Assembly: GCA_951406725.2 (NCBI GenBank)
Contig: OX597814.1
Coordinates: 87,358,001-87,422,000, forward strand
DNA: 64,000 nucleotides
Source of the DNA: Octopus vulgaris
Taxonomy: Eukaryota
Direction of reading: 5' to 3'
Below are positions 1 to 12,030 of this stretch, piece after piece; position 1 is the first letter of the stretch, and each line of letters begins with the position of its first letter. The notes below the pieces were generated by a model. It ran no database searches, was not told where the DNA came from, and saw only the letters and a program-made list of their open reading frames with translations. The translations under genes and the position numbers were made by a program.

Positions 1-75
1 ATTATCTGGACAAAGTGAACGTTTGTTCAAACTAAACCTCTGTTACAGAACTGAGAACGAGTAAGAGACGAAAGA

Positions 76-150
<75 letters not shown>
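76..150. repeat. (ATCT)n microsatellite
   Basis: Pure tetranucleotide run; representative of dozens of (AT)n, (GT)n, (AG)n, (ATGT)n and (AGAT)n tracts in the window. Confidence 0.95.
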
Positions 151-220
151 ATTTCAGCTTTTGCCATAGCAGTATCACAATAACCAGTTGTTGTTTCACT
201 CAAATGTTACCTCTTCATTT

Positions 221-301
221 AGCTCTGAGGAAGCTATAAGACGTCGCACTATCACTCAACTCTGGGTGCACAGTTCATTATAGTAGAAACAGCTGTAAAG
301 T
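221..301 (+). ncRNA. Degenerate type I hammerhead ribozyme-like motif
   Basis: CTGAGGA (225-231); stem II GCTATAA/TTATAGT (233-239/278-284) with inner GCAC/GTGC; GAAAC (286-290); palindromic ACAGCTGT; GTA triplet; stem I poorly paired. Confidence 0.55.
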
Positions 302-759
302 AATGGAAATGGTTGTGTAACTCCTACCCTATTGTCATTCGTTAATATACTATAGTGTGTGAGCCGTAAGGCGGCGAAATTGCTGGCCTTGTGCCAAAAC
401 TTGAAAGCAGTCTGTGTTTTCAAATATTTCTCTTTTTGTTCTACTTAAATCAAGAAATGCATGCATGCAGTGTAAATAGGATAAAGTTGAATGCATAATG
501 CCTTTCAGTAAATTAAATATAAAGGTAATAGTGGGATATATGAAGTAGAATAAATGTAAATAGAAATACGTATAGCGTATTAGATATATATTCGTACACT
601 AGTTCTTACCACTGTTCATACACCAGTCTAACAATATTGTTTACAATAGTAAAGAGGTCTGCGAACTCTTGTGAAAGGTTCGAGGTTCATTACCATTCTA
701 TATTGTAAATCCATGATTGTGTTCCAGTTATACTGGTTTTCACAGTTTTATATGCCGCT

Positions 760-1269
760 CATCTCAATTCTTTTAGATAGAAGAAACAGTAAATTCACAA
801 CAGTCGCCAGTCACATATATCATCTCAAAAATAGAAATATTCACTACATTTTGTCATGGTCCATAATAGATTCAGGGCTTCCATACCAAGGTCAACGCTT
901 AGCTTGTAAGTTATGCCTAAAAGAGGCATTCTACATATTAAAACATAACTCCTCGACATTACTAAATAAATATAATGAGGCCCTAAGTACATGCAACCAC
1001 CGCTTTTTTCATACCTTCAAATTTTACCATAAATCTAAATGCAACCTAAATAACCACACAGCAGATATCCACAACATCCCTTAGGTAATCCCCAACAACC
1101 CTACTTAACTTTCCTTTATCTCCATTTTAATTTTCAACCTTTAATTTTTTAACTCCCTTATCTTTAAGGATCTCAGTAATTTAATATTACACATATGGAC
1201 ATACAAGTGGATACATGTGTGTGTGTAAATGTATGTGCATGTATTTTTATGTATGCATATGTATGTGGG

Positions 1270-1301
<32 letters not shown>

Positions 1302-2654
1302 TGTATGTATGTATGTATGTATGTATTATGTATGCATGTATGTATGCATGTATGTATGTATGTATATACATATACATACATATATATACATGTATGTGTG
1401 TGTATGTATATATACGTGATATGTATATACAAATATATGTGTGTATGTGTATATATGCATACATAAGTACCTGTATGCGCGCGTGCGTGTGACTGTATGT
1501 AGCGCGTGTGCGCCCGCGGGTATGTATATCCTGTATGCACACGCATATGCGTGTATGAATACATTTATGGATAGCGTGAGCATGCACGTGTATACATGTG
1601 GGTATGTATATGCGTATGTATAAATATGTGTGTATTTATGTGTGTGTATATGTATGTATACATATGCGCACATGTATATGCGCATGTGTGTGCGCGCGTA
1701 CGTATGTCATTATACCTTCTTTCGTTTTCTCTGATTTCTACCTATCACACTAACCTATCACATGCCTCCATTTATAGAAATCTGACATCCTTTTTCTTCC
1801 CTCCACTTTAAATTTTACTACTAGAACTACAACTCATTTTGGTATCACCGCACCCATGCCTTTTCTCTTCCCATTCCTTAATACAACCCTATCGTATCAC
1901 TACTACTCATATATCTCACACTTATTCACTCCTTACCTTCTCATCTCTACCTATCTACCCCTCCCCCACTCTTCTCCCATCATCCCCTCACATTATTTTG
2001 ACCACCCACTAACACTCCTTTTCTCACTTCTTTCACCCTTTCTTCACTTTTTCTTTTCTTTTTTTCACTCTTTTCACTTTTTCTTCTCTCTGTTCTGTTC
2101 TCTCTCTTTTTATTATTATTATTTTTGTCCTCTTTCTTTTTTTCTCTTTCTTCCTCTCATTTTCTATTCCTGTCTCCCTTTTGACATATTTTCTCATTCT
2201 AATCACACACCCCCATCTTTCCACAAATACTATCAATACAGTTTCAAATTTTCATTCACACCACAAAACCCCTTCGAATGAGCAAGACAGAATCCACAGC
2301 TCCATATTTAGAAATGACTAAACATGAACTACTATTGGAACTTACATACTATGTACAGGAAACTTTTTTAGCACTTCTATACACCACTTGAATAATGGAA
2401 CTGCAACTACAATGTTTTATATTTTATTTCTACTTCTATTCTCTTATTTCCCTCTATATTGCCTATCTTCTCCTTTTCCACAATAATTCCTTATTTCTAA
2501 CTCAAACATTTACCTCTATTTAACCATCACACTTCGTCTCTGATGAAGGGATATCCATAATATCCCAGAAACAGCTGTAAGACTATATCTATATCTCTTT
2601 CCTTATAAATGTTCTGAAAACTCTTCACACTCTTGGCTTTGTTATCCCTTTTTG

Positions 2655-2660
<6 letters not shown>
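760..2660 (+). mobile_element. 5'-truncated Penelope-like retroelement (GIY-YIG C-terminus, 3' region and HHR-bearing pLTR)
   Basis: ORF 671-1084 contains SHIYHLK..YILSWSII..Y..CKLCLKEAFYIL..LLNKYNE..CNH, the C-terminal signature of PLE GIY-YIG endonucleases; followed by a pyrimidine-rich tract, an HHR at 2536-2583 and a (TA)n junction. Confidence 0.7.
2536..2583 (+). ncRNA. Minimal type I hammerhead ribozyme
   Basis: GTCT-CTGATGA-A-GGGATAT(CCATA)ATATCCC-A-GAAAC-AGCT-GTA-AGAC: stem I GTCT/AGAC, 7-bp stem II, palindromic stem III ACAGCTGT, GUA cleavage triplet. Confidence 0.85.
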
Positions 2661-2720
<60 letters not shown>

Positions 2721-2820
2721 AACTTATAAAGGAGGGCAAAAGAAAATTAATTTCTATGCCAATATGCTGATAACAGACTTTTAAATCGTCAGTTTCCACA
2801 TATTATATACCTGCTACAGA

Positions 2821-3200
2821 AATACGCTGCCACTTTTTTGATGAAATTTTTTCTGTAAAAAAACTTCATCCTATATATATATATATATATATTATATTAT
2901 ATTATAGATAGATAGATTAGAGAGAGAGAGAGAGAGAGAGAGTGAGAGAAAGAGTGAGATAGAGAGAGGGAGAGAGAAAGAGAGAGAGGGAGAGAGAAAG
3001 TGTTTAGGGACATTTTACAGCAAGAGTACAAAATCTAGAAAAATAGAAAAATAGAAATCTAGAAAAATAGAAAAACGGTTACATTACTCAAATTTGCAAC
3101 TATTCATGTATTCTAATAAAATACGTTGCCACTTTTTTGATGAAATTTTTTCTGTAAAAAAACTTCATCCTATATATATATATATATAATATATTATATT

Positions 3201-3254
<54 letters not shown>

Positions 3255-3440
3255 TGAGAGAGAGAAAGAGTGAGATAGAGAGAGGGAGAGAGAAAGAGAG
3301 AGAGACAGAGAGAAAGTGTTTAGGGACATTTTACAGCAAGAGTACAAAATCTAGAAAAATAGAAAAATAGAAATCTAGAAAAATAGAAAAACGGTTACAT
3401 TACTCAAATTTGCAACTATTCATGTATTCTAATAAAATAC
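2821..3440. repeat. Tandem duplication of a ~300-bp unit
   Basis: 2821-3124 and 3120-3440 are near-identical apart from microsatellite lengths. Confidence 0.85.
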
Positions 3441-4212
3441 TGGATATATAGAGTTTATCTTATGTCACACCCAAATCTGAATGTCAAATAAATAAACGCC
3501 AGTTGCTACAAAATTTCTGTAATTTCTGTTTATCTACAGACTAAGATTGTTTATATTTACTTATATAATTTCCCTATGATGTTTCTGTCATATTTACTAT
3601 GGTCTCTACACTTCTCTCCATGGTTCTGCACCACTAAGAACCTTTTAGCAGTTCACTGCTCACTTATAACTCCGATTTTTCTATCACCATTTTCCCTGAT
3701 CCATATACCTCGACAATGCAATACAGTCTTTTATCTGTTATCTTTTATTTTTTACTTGTGTCAGTCATTAGTCTGCGGCCATGCTGGGACACCGCCTTGA
3801 AAAAAATATGGAACGGTTTACGAATTTGCGTGTCATCCTTGATAATCTTCTCTGTTTCGTTCTACATTTTAGTGCATACACTGCTGAAGCAAGTACAATC
3901 GTTCATATCTTTCATTTAAGATAGTGTTTTCAAACAATCATAACATTTCAAAAGGAAGCATAAATTTTGCCGTACGTTTTCACTCTCACCTTGCTTCACC
4001 AGAGAGGCCTAAAGCGGTATTTGGTTGGGGTCGACCGCTCCTCATTAGATCAGATGTGGCCGAGTGACTTATAAATTTACTTCGCAACCACATGGTTTCC
4101 CGTTCAGTCTTACGACTCTGCACCTTGGGTAACTATCTTCTACTATAACCCCAGGACCGTTCAATACCTTGTGAGTGAATTTGGACGATGGAAAGTGTGT
4201 GTTCCGCACACG

Positions 4213-4271
<59 letters not shown>

Positions 4272-4360
4272 CATGGACTTATTCATCGTTAGATGTCGTA
4301 TGAGGATTCTGCAATTTCTTGTTGAACAACCATACAGTTGATTTGTTTATGATGATCAAA

Positions 4361-4668
4361 TATTGGTCTTTTGCCGAACCGCTGAGTTACAGGGACGTAA
4401 ACACACCAGCATCGGTTGTCAAGTGATGTTGGGGGGACAAACACAGACACACAAACATAAACACACACATACACACACACACACATACACACATATATAT
4501 ATATACATATATACGACACTTCTTTCAGTTTCCGTCTACCAAATCCACTCACAAAGCTTTGGTCGGCCCGAGGCTATAGTAGTAGACACTTGCCCAAGGT
4601 GCCACGCTGTGGGACTGAACCCGGAACCATGTGGTTCGTTAGCACTTACCACACAGCCACTCCTACGC
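4361..4668 (-). mobile_element. CORE-type tRNA-derived SINE with internal microsatellite
   Basis: Reverse strand: GTGGCTGTGTGGTAAG A-box region, GGTTCAGTCCC B-box, GTGGCACCTTGGGCAAGTGTCT CORE-like motif; many sibling copies in the window. Confidence 0.8.
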
Positions 4669-5231
4669 TAATTTCCGTTATTTTGAATTATTCAAGTTCA
4701 AGAGGAGTGTCCACAGTATTTGCTTGTAACTTTGTAAATTTTTAAATACAGATTTGAAATTTTGTCAGTGGGTGCTTTATATACCACTGGTTTATAGTTA
4801 TGTAATTTTAGCTGATCCTGCTGAGTAAATTTGACTTTTATAGGCAGATAAATTTAATTAACTGGTGTAAAAGCAACAAGATTATGGATAAACGCTAAAA
4901 TTGAAATTCTTAATGCATCTTACCTGTTTGATTTGTTACAGATGCCAACCGACAAAAATTTTGCCATTTTTCAAGATGAGGTACATTAATTTAACTTAAT
5001 TAAAATACGGGTATTTTAATTAATTAAAATACGGGTATAGTCAATACTATTGAAAAGGTTGCAAGACGCAACGAAATTTTAGGAAAATAAAAATAAGAAA
5101 TAAGTGGAAATTTTACCGGTGAGTGTGTTAAATTATAAGGCACAAAAAGAAAATGACTCTCCCCAGACACAACAGAATATGCTTCAACACACGAACTCAT
5201 ATAAAGAATCTTGCAAACCAAATCCCAAAAC

Positions 5232-5303
<72 letters not shown>

Positions 5304-6798
5304 CGCGTATGTGTGCATGTATTTGAATGTGCGTGTGTATGTATATATGTATGTGTGTGCGTGTCTTTGTGTTTGTTCCACCGCCGCTTAACAACCGGTG
5401 TTAGCTTCTTTATGTTCCCGTAACCTAGCGGTTCAGCAAAAGAAACCGATAAAATACCAGACTTTTACAAAAAAATATGTCCTGGAGTCGATTTGTTCTA
5501 CAAAACTCTTCAATGCAGAGCCGCAGACGAATGACTTAAGCAAATAAATAAAAGAAAGGTGGTTTTTGTGAATAGCCAGAAAAATTGTCACCAAAGAGAT
5601 AACTCATATGAAAGGGGAATAGTGAATGCAAAGAAAGAGGAGGAAATTATGCAGGTGCTATATTATGCCTTTAAGCAAGGTAATTAATTCTCCATATATC
5701 CATATTTCCAGAATTTTCTGTAACTTTACACTACAATAATAACATTGTGAGAAAAGTATTGTACTACTACCACAAACCAAAAGTCTCAATAAACACTTCA
5801 TCCAATTTGTTTCATAGCATTTCATATCAAACTTGTAGAAGCCTTTTATGAAAGGCATCGTATTTAGCAATTACGAAAGGCTTCGTATTTAGCATTTTAG
5901 TGGTGAAAATAGTACTTGATTTGTGGTTCGAAACAACAGTTGTGTTGTTCAAGCCAAGAGTAATTTAAATGCAACAATTCCGCCATTGATGGAGCCGGTG
6001 ACGCATATTGTAAGATTCAAAATATATGTGTACCATTTTTGAACCACTGTTTTCCGGTTGTCTCGGGGAAGGGGTGTCGTAAGACAGTGATCTTCAATAC
6101 TTTGACAGCCTGCCACAACTCTTGCCAGAAAAGTGAAGAGCAACTATGAAAAGCCAATAATGATAGCTGAGCTACAGATGCACTGAAATAACCGGGCAAA
6201 CTGAAAATTGCTTGCTTTAAGTGGTTTCCTACCTACAAACTTTGTGCCCGTAACTGGTAGCAAACCAGAAGCTTTTCCAGTTATGTGCCCTAAAGAGTGA
6301 TGGCGCTGTGGACGAAGGGCGTGAACTTTATCGAACATTTCTAAGCCAAAAATCTACTAAACGCAGGAGTTAAAGACTTTAGATAAGTTGCGCAGAAAGA
6401 GGGTGTCTCAAAGCTGACCTTTTCGGTATAATCACTACCTCATGCGATACAAAGTAGAGGGTTGGTAATAAAACTAGCTTCGTGGGGTTCGGGTGAGGAG
6501 GGCTCAGTTTATATCAATCTAAAGCTCTTGACAGAATCAACCATTACTACTTGACAGTTGTCTTAGATGAAATCAGTTTTGATACTGTTTTAAGAGGCTG
6601 GATGTTTCTTTGCTTAGTGGCTTCTGCTCAATGGTTAGGCTTAGTTGTTTTTATCGGAACCATTTCAATCGCATGCTCGGTCCTTTTTCATTGGTCTTGT
6701 AAATTTTACTGCTTAAGCATTGCTTTGAAAATCAGATATATTAAAGGTCACTCTACTCGAATTGGGACACAGGACAACCTCATCCGTATACATAAACT

Positions 6799-7146
6799 GT
6801 GTCACCGTCATAGTGTAGGACATCTCTGAAATCATGTCCGACACTATTTCATATGATTGGGTAACAGAAGCAAGTGTATGTAAGATAGTAACTCGGCAAC
6901 TTAAGAAGCAAGTTCATGCTGACCAATATCTGCCACGGGACCAAGGCTCCACTTAAGTTGATTGGAGTCTGGTTAGTTTAAGACCTCCAGCTGGATACAA
7001 AATGCGATTGAGCTATGAGCATGGTGAGTTACTATCCTACGAAGACTTGCTTTAGTTAATGCAGACCTCTGTTACCCAATCATATGCTTTTAGTATAGTA
7101 CCCAACACCATGATTTCAGAGATGTCCTACATTATGGCGGTGACAC
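6799..7146. mobile_element. Foldback/MITE-like element with long inverted arms
   Basis: TGTCACCGTCATAGTGTAGGACATCTCTGAAATCATG is inverted at 7109-7145 (2 mismatches); inner blocks CATATGATTGGGTAACAGA and GATAGTAACTC are also mirrored. Confidence 0.7.
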
Positions 7147-7153
7147 CAAGAAT

Positions 7154-7260
7154 GGACTGAGAAAGAGCTGTCCCTCAAAGGTCGGGTAGTGGTGGTGAAT
7201 ACCTACATTGTTTCAGTAATTTATTACTGCTTTACAGTTATGCCTTTCCCCAGGCCACAT
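7154..7260 (+). mobile_element. L1/Tx1-clade LINE ORF2 fragment
   Basis: Translates WTEKELSLKGRVVVVNTYIVSVIYYCFTVMPFP, matching the post-RT W..R.LSL.GR..V.N motif of Tx1/L1 ORF2. Confidence 0.6.
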
Positions 7261-8567
7261 CTTTCTTGCATGTATGTATGTATGTATGTATGTATGTATG
7301 TATGTATGTATGTATGTATGTATGTATGTATGTATGTATGCATGTATATATGTATGTATGCATGTATATATGTATGTCGCGAGACTGAAATACTTATACA
7401 GAATATCTATCTACAGCCAATACGCTCTGCACGGAGAGCTCGTGATGTCGTAATTAATGATGTATGGGCTTCGACTTATGTAGATTCCTAGATGTGTTGG
7501 TGTGGTCAACTTGAGTCAAGAACTTTTGTCTCTGATGGGGCTCAGTTCTTGCTTAAGCATTAGCAGGAATATTGTCAAACGATATTAGACTTCTACTAGA
7601 CGAAAAATTTAACTGGTGGAACCTTAATTGCATTCTACAAATGATTACTGGCAAGTGTGCTTGCCAATTTTCTGGAGGATGGGTTCTTTGGAAATGACTT
7701 GTTTGGGATCAACTTTATAGGTTACTCTATTCTCTATACTGTATACTCTATTCTACAGGAAGTTCCACGTCCATCTCATTCATCCAGTCACAGTTATACT
7801 TATTTGGGCATATATGAAGTGAAACAACAGCAAATATGAGTAGAAGCTGTGTCATCAACTCAGTTCGCTTGAATATCCTCTCTCCTAATGCGTGTGCCAA
7901 TGTACTTCTATGTGAACACAATTTAGGACATTGACAGGCAAAGAAAGCAAAATGTTTTACAGAGGAATTCAGTCAAACGAAATTTAAGAAAAAAAATTTT
8001 TTTCAGGAAATAAATTATTCAGCACAAATCTTTTTCACAAAAGCAAATACCACTCTATCCTTTGTTTATTAGATCACGAAAATGACCAGGCTTATATGAA
8101 GAGATAACTATGAGAAGTGGAGCAATATAAAAGGGATTAGAAGAATAAGAGTTAGGGATATTAGGTTTTTGGGTAAGTAAACAGTAGGAAACAGTAAAAC
8201 TAGTGTACAAAATTATATGTACAGCCTCAAGGGAGTCGGATACCCTCCTCTTCTAGCCTCTTACTAAAAGAGTTTGGTTAAACGGCAATACTAGGGCGCG
8301 AATTTGCGATACATATATCCTCTTGGTAGTTAAAACAATTTACTACGCTGGTAATTGTAGATTAAAATGAACCCAGGTCACGCATTTTTCAGTTGCTTTC
8401 TAACCTCCCTCTCCTGCTAAAATCAATTTAATATTTTCATTTGTTTGCTAATGCATTTTTTTTCTCTTCTAATTTAATTTTCGAAATAAATGAATTTTTG
8501 TTCTAAATTTAATTCCAAAACTGCGTGTCATTGTATCTACTACATTGTATAAGTATTTCAGTCTCGC

Positions 8568-8938
8568 TACATACATACATACATACATACATACATACAT
8601 ACATACATACATACATACATACATACATACATACATACATACATACATACATACATGCATGCATACATACATACATACATACGTACATACGTACATACAT
8701 ACATACATACATACATACATACATACATACATACATACATACATACGTACGTACGTACGTACGTACATACATACATACATACATACATACATACATACAT
8801 ACATACATACATACGTACGTACGTACGTACGTACGTACGTACGTACATACATACATACATACATACATACATACATACATACGTACATACGTACGTACAT
8901 ACATACATACATACATACATACATACATACGTACGTCA
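8568..8938. repeat. Compound (ACAT)n/(ACGT)n microsatellite
   Basis: ~370 bp of tetranucleotide repeats; source of the YVCM/HTYI pseudo-ORFs. Confidence 0.95.
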
Positions 8939-9340
8939 TAAATTATATATATATATAAATGAATGCATGCATATATGTATGTATATATGAATATAGATAT
9001 ACGTATATATGTGTGTGTGTGTATGTATATGTATATGTGTGTGTGTGTATCTATGTGTGTATATCTATGTATATATATCTATGTGTATATATTTACGTAT
9101 GTATGTAGACACTTGTGTGTCTATATATATATACATACAGACAGCCTGACAAACAATCAGACAGACAGACAGATAGATAGATATGTGCTTCTCAGGGTGT
9201 GCGTCACCTCATCTAAAAACGAAATATTTCTCTCTTAAAATGCTCCAATAAGAACGTCAATATTAATTAATTTAATTATAGCATTGGTGGCAAATGTCTA
9301 TGTGATAAAACAGAATATAAGAATCGCAAACACTATGCCT

Positions 9341-9615
9341 GTGGGCATATGGCATAGTGGTTAAGAGCGCGGACTACTAACCCTAAGATTACGAGTTCGA
9401 TTCGAGACAGTGACCTGAATAATAGTAATAATAATAATATTAATAATAATAATAATAATAACATCGAAAAATACCTTAGGAATGAGAACCCAGGTTCGAA
9501 ATTTTCCCAAGACGCCTGATGAAGGCTGGAAGGTATATCAGCCGAAACGTTGTGTTAACAACAAACTAGATGAGGACAAATATCCGCCAAATGTAAATAA
9601 TGTAAATAATGTATA
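9341..9615 (+). mobile_element. tRNA-headed SINE carrying a hammerhead motif
   Basis: A-box TGGCATAGTGG, anticodon-arm-like GGACTACTAACCC, B-box GAGTTCGATTC, (AAT)n linker, HHR at 9511-9556, 3' tail of AATGTAAAT repeats. Confidence 0.65.
9511..9556 (+). ncRNA. Minimal type I hammerhead ribozyme
   Basis: GACGC-CTGATGA-A-GGCTG(GAAGGTATAT)CAGCC-GAAAC-GTT-GTGTT; stem I pairs with two GU wobbles; self-complementary AACGTT stem III. Confidence 0.7.
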
Positions 9616-9710
9616 TACTAGACCTATATTCCGATACACTCAAGCACATACTGAGACAGTCATAATATCATTTGCACAATATATATATAATGTATATATC
9701 TATCTATCTA

Positions 9711-9864
<154 letters not shown>

Positions 9865-10029
9865 CAGTAACAAAAGTCGGAATTAAATTACACTTGCTTC
9901 TTGTTGAACATCGAGTTAAAGTTTTATAATTTTTTCTCTTTTCTTGTAATTTATTCTTTCTCATATTGAATATGTTGAAATAGTGCATGATCACACACAC
10001 GCAGACAAATACTCACACAGAGGTACACT

Positions 10030-10077
<48 letters not shown>

Positions 10078-10419
10078 GCACGCACACAAATACACATACA
10101 CACACACACAGATTAAATGTATGTATAAATTCTTCTTTTACACACACACACACACACATTTAGATATCAACATATAAATATAGATTCTTTTTTCTTTTAC
10201 TTGTTTCAGTTATTTGATTGCGACCATGCTGTAGCACCGCCTTAAAGTATTTTAGTCGAAGAAATCTAACCCAAAGCTTTGTAAGCCTAGTAGTTACTCT
10301 ATCGTTCTCTTTATGCCGAACTGCTAAGTTTCACGGACATAAACACAGCAGCATCCGTTATTAGCAATGGCAAGGGGAAAAACACAAACGCACATAAATA
10401 TTCACATATATATATATTT

Positions 10420-10705
10420 AATAATATCAGGGTAATAAGATTTTTAAAAGTTTTACTACTAGTGGCCTAGCGTATAGAAAAATTAGTTAATAGACTATAT
10501 ATTATTCACATAAAATACAGTGTACATTTAAACACAATAAGAGGTTTCCATCATAGGAATACTTTATGCTAGAAAGAACAGATAAAGTCCAAACCACTAA
10601 TTAGGGATACATTCTCGAAGGGAATGAAAAATAAAAACATTTACCATCTCTTTCCTGGACTATGGTTTCTGACTTATTTTAGTAAATAAAATAATTTACC
10701 AGGAC
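10420..10705 (-). mobile_element. Diverged copy of the HHR element family at 26607-27516
   Basis: Reverse strand aligns by eye with 26741-26910 plus 27100-27160 (GAAACCATAGTCCAGGA..GAGATGGTAAA..TTCGAGAAT..CCTCTTATTG..GCTAGGCCACT); the CTGATGA half is lost. Confidence 0.65.
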
Positions 10706-10711
10706 GCCAAG

Positions 10712-10893
10712 ATTAAATATATAAACAACGAGGCCAATTCAGCATGTGCTTGTTGCTTATACATTTTAATTTCTTTTCAAATCCACCGCGCAAGCGCAGT
10801 CTTTTTTGTGGGCAGCAAAAAGATGCCGCAAATTCTTCGAACGAATCTACCAGAAGCACATGCTGGATTGGCCTCGTTGTTTATATATTTAAT
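10712..10893. mobile_element. MITE-like element with 40-bp inverted repeats
   Basis: 10712-10751 vs 10854-10893, one mismatch. Confidence 0.75.
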
Positions 10894-11699
10894 ATGGCCT
10901 CACTATGGGGAATGTGTTCGGCATAATGCTCCCCTCAAAATTATTGACCTTGTGTCAAAATTAGAAACGATTATTATAAAGACGGCAGACTAACAGAATC
11001 ATTAGCACGCCATAACAAAATGCTTAGCGACATTTCCTAGTATTGCAAAAGCATTTGATTTAGTCCCATTGGACATTAAACATGAGTACCTGGAAGATGT
11101 AGAACAACATATTAACAGGAGAGAACGAAAAGTTACACTCATTATACCACAGATAAGTCTAAAGCAAACAGATAATAAGAAGTAGCGGTATACAGATGCA
11201 TAACATTGACGAGAAATAGACCAGAGCAGGCTGAACCCTGCTAGTCGCACACGCTAGCTAACATGGTTGTGTACGAGTGAATTTTCATTCTAAGATCCTG
11301 GGCTAGAAGTACTCCCCAGTCCTATGCAAAAGTCAGTTATTTACTGAGATACCAATTAACCTGGGCTGGAGAGTTATTGGCGCACGACTTATGAAACATA
11401 TCTCCTGATATGTTGAAAGTTGTTGTATTGGAGGACAGGAGAATACTGTCAGAAACAAAAGGATTTCGAAAGTAAAATTGCTTGCAGATCCTGATTCATG
11501 TAAAACCTGAGTACTGGACAGGATCCCCGACCCAACAGAGATCCCTGACGAGTAGCAACTTCAGATTGTTGTAAAGGCTAGATGCTACAATTGTCGATCA
11601 TGTGGTATTTTTTGAGGACGAAGGTTCTTCTGCTGCTTTTGTTGCTGTTGCTTCCAGTGTTGTTTTTGTTGTTGGTGCTACGTTGTTGTAATTGCTGCT

Positions 11700-12030
11700 G
11701 TCGTTGTCACTGTCGATACGAACAGTTGTTGTTGCATGAAGGACGGATCCGATTTTCGACCGAATCCATCGCGAAGATTGCCCCGCCACTCTCCTTTAAC
11801 AAGGTTGGGTAAGCAGCGTTCCTCTGCCTAATGGCTATGGTCAAAAATAATGAAAAGATTGAGGGCAGAGACCGTCCTCTTCAGTGAATCCCTTATTGAG
11901 TTTTTCAAGTTCGACATAGAAAGGAAATTGAGAGTGGAAAAATATAGGTTCTCCTCCCGCAGTGAATTTGTCAAATTGTGGCTAACTGTAGTGAAAATGG
12001 CTGGGGTTAGGATCTGCTCTAAGCATGTCC
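11700..12030 (+). mobile_element. L1/Tx1-like LINE ORF2 3' remnant
   Basis: YEQLLLHEGRIRFSTESIAKIAPPLSFN..FFKFDIERKLRVEKY..EFVKLW; homologous to 50930-51230 and 52810-53200. Confidence 0.55.

Noticed and set aside
9341-9416. Functional tRNA gene
   Set aside because: Acceptor and T stems do not pair properly and there is no T-run terminator; better explained as a SINE head
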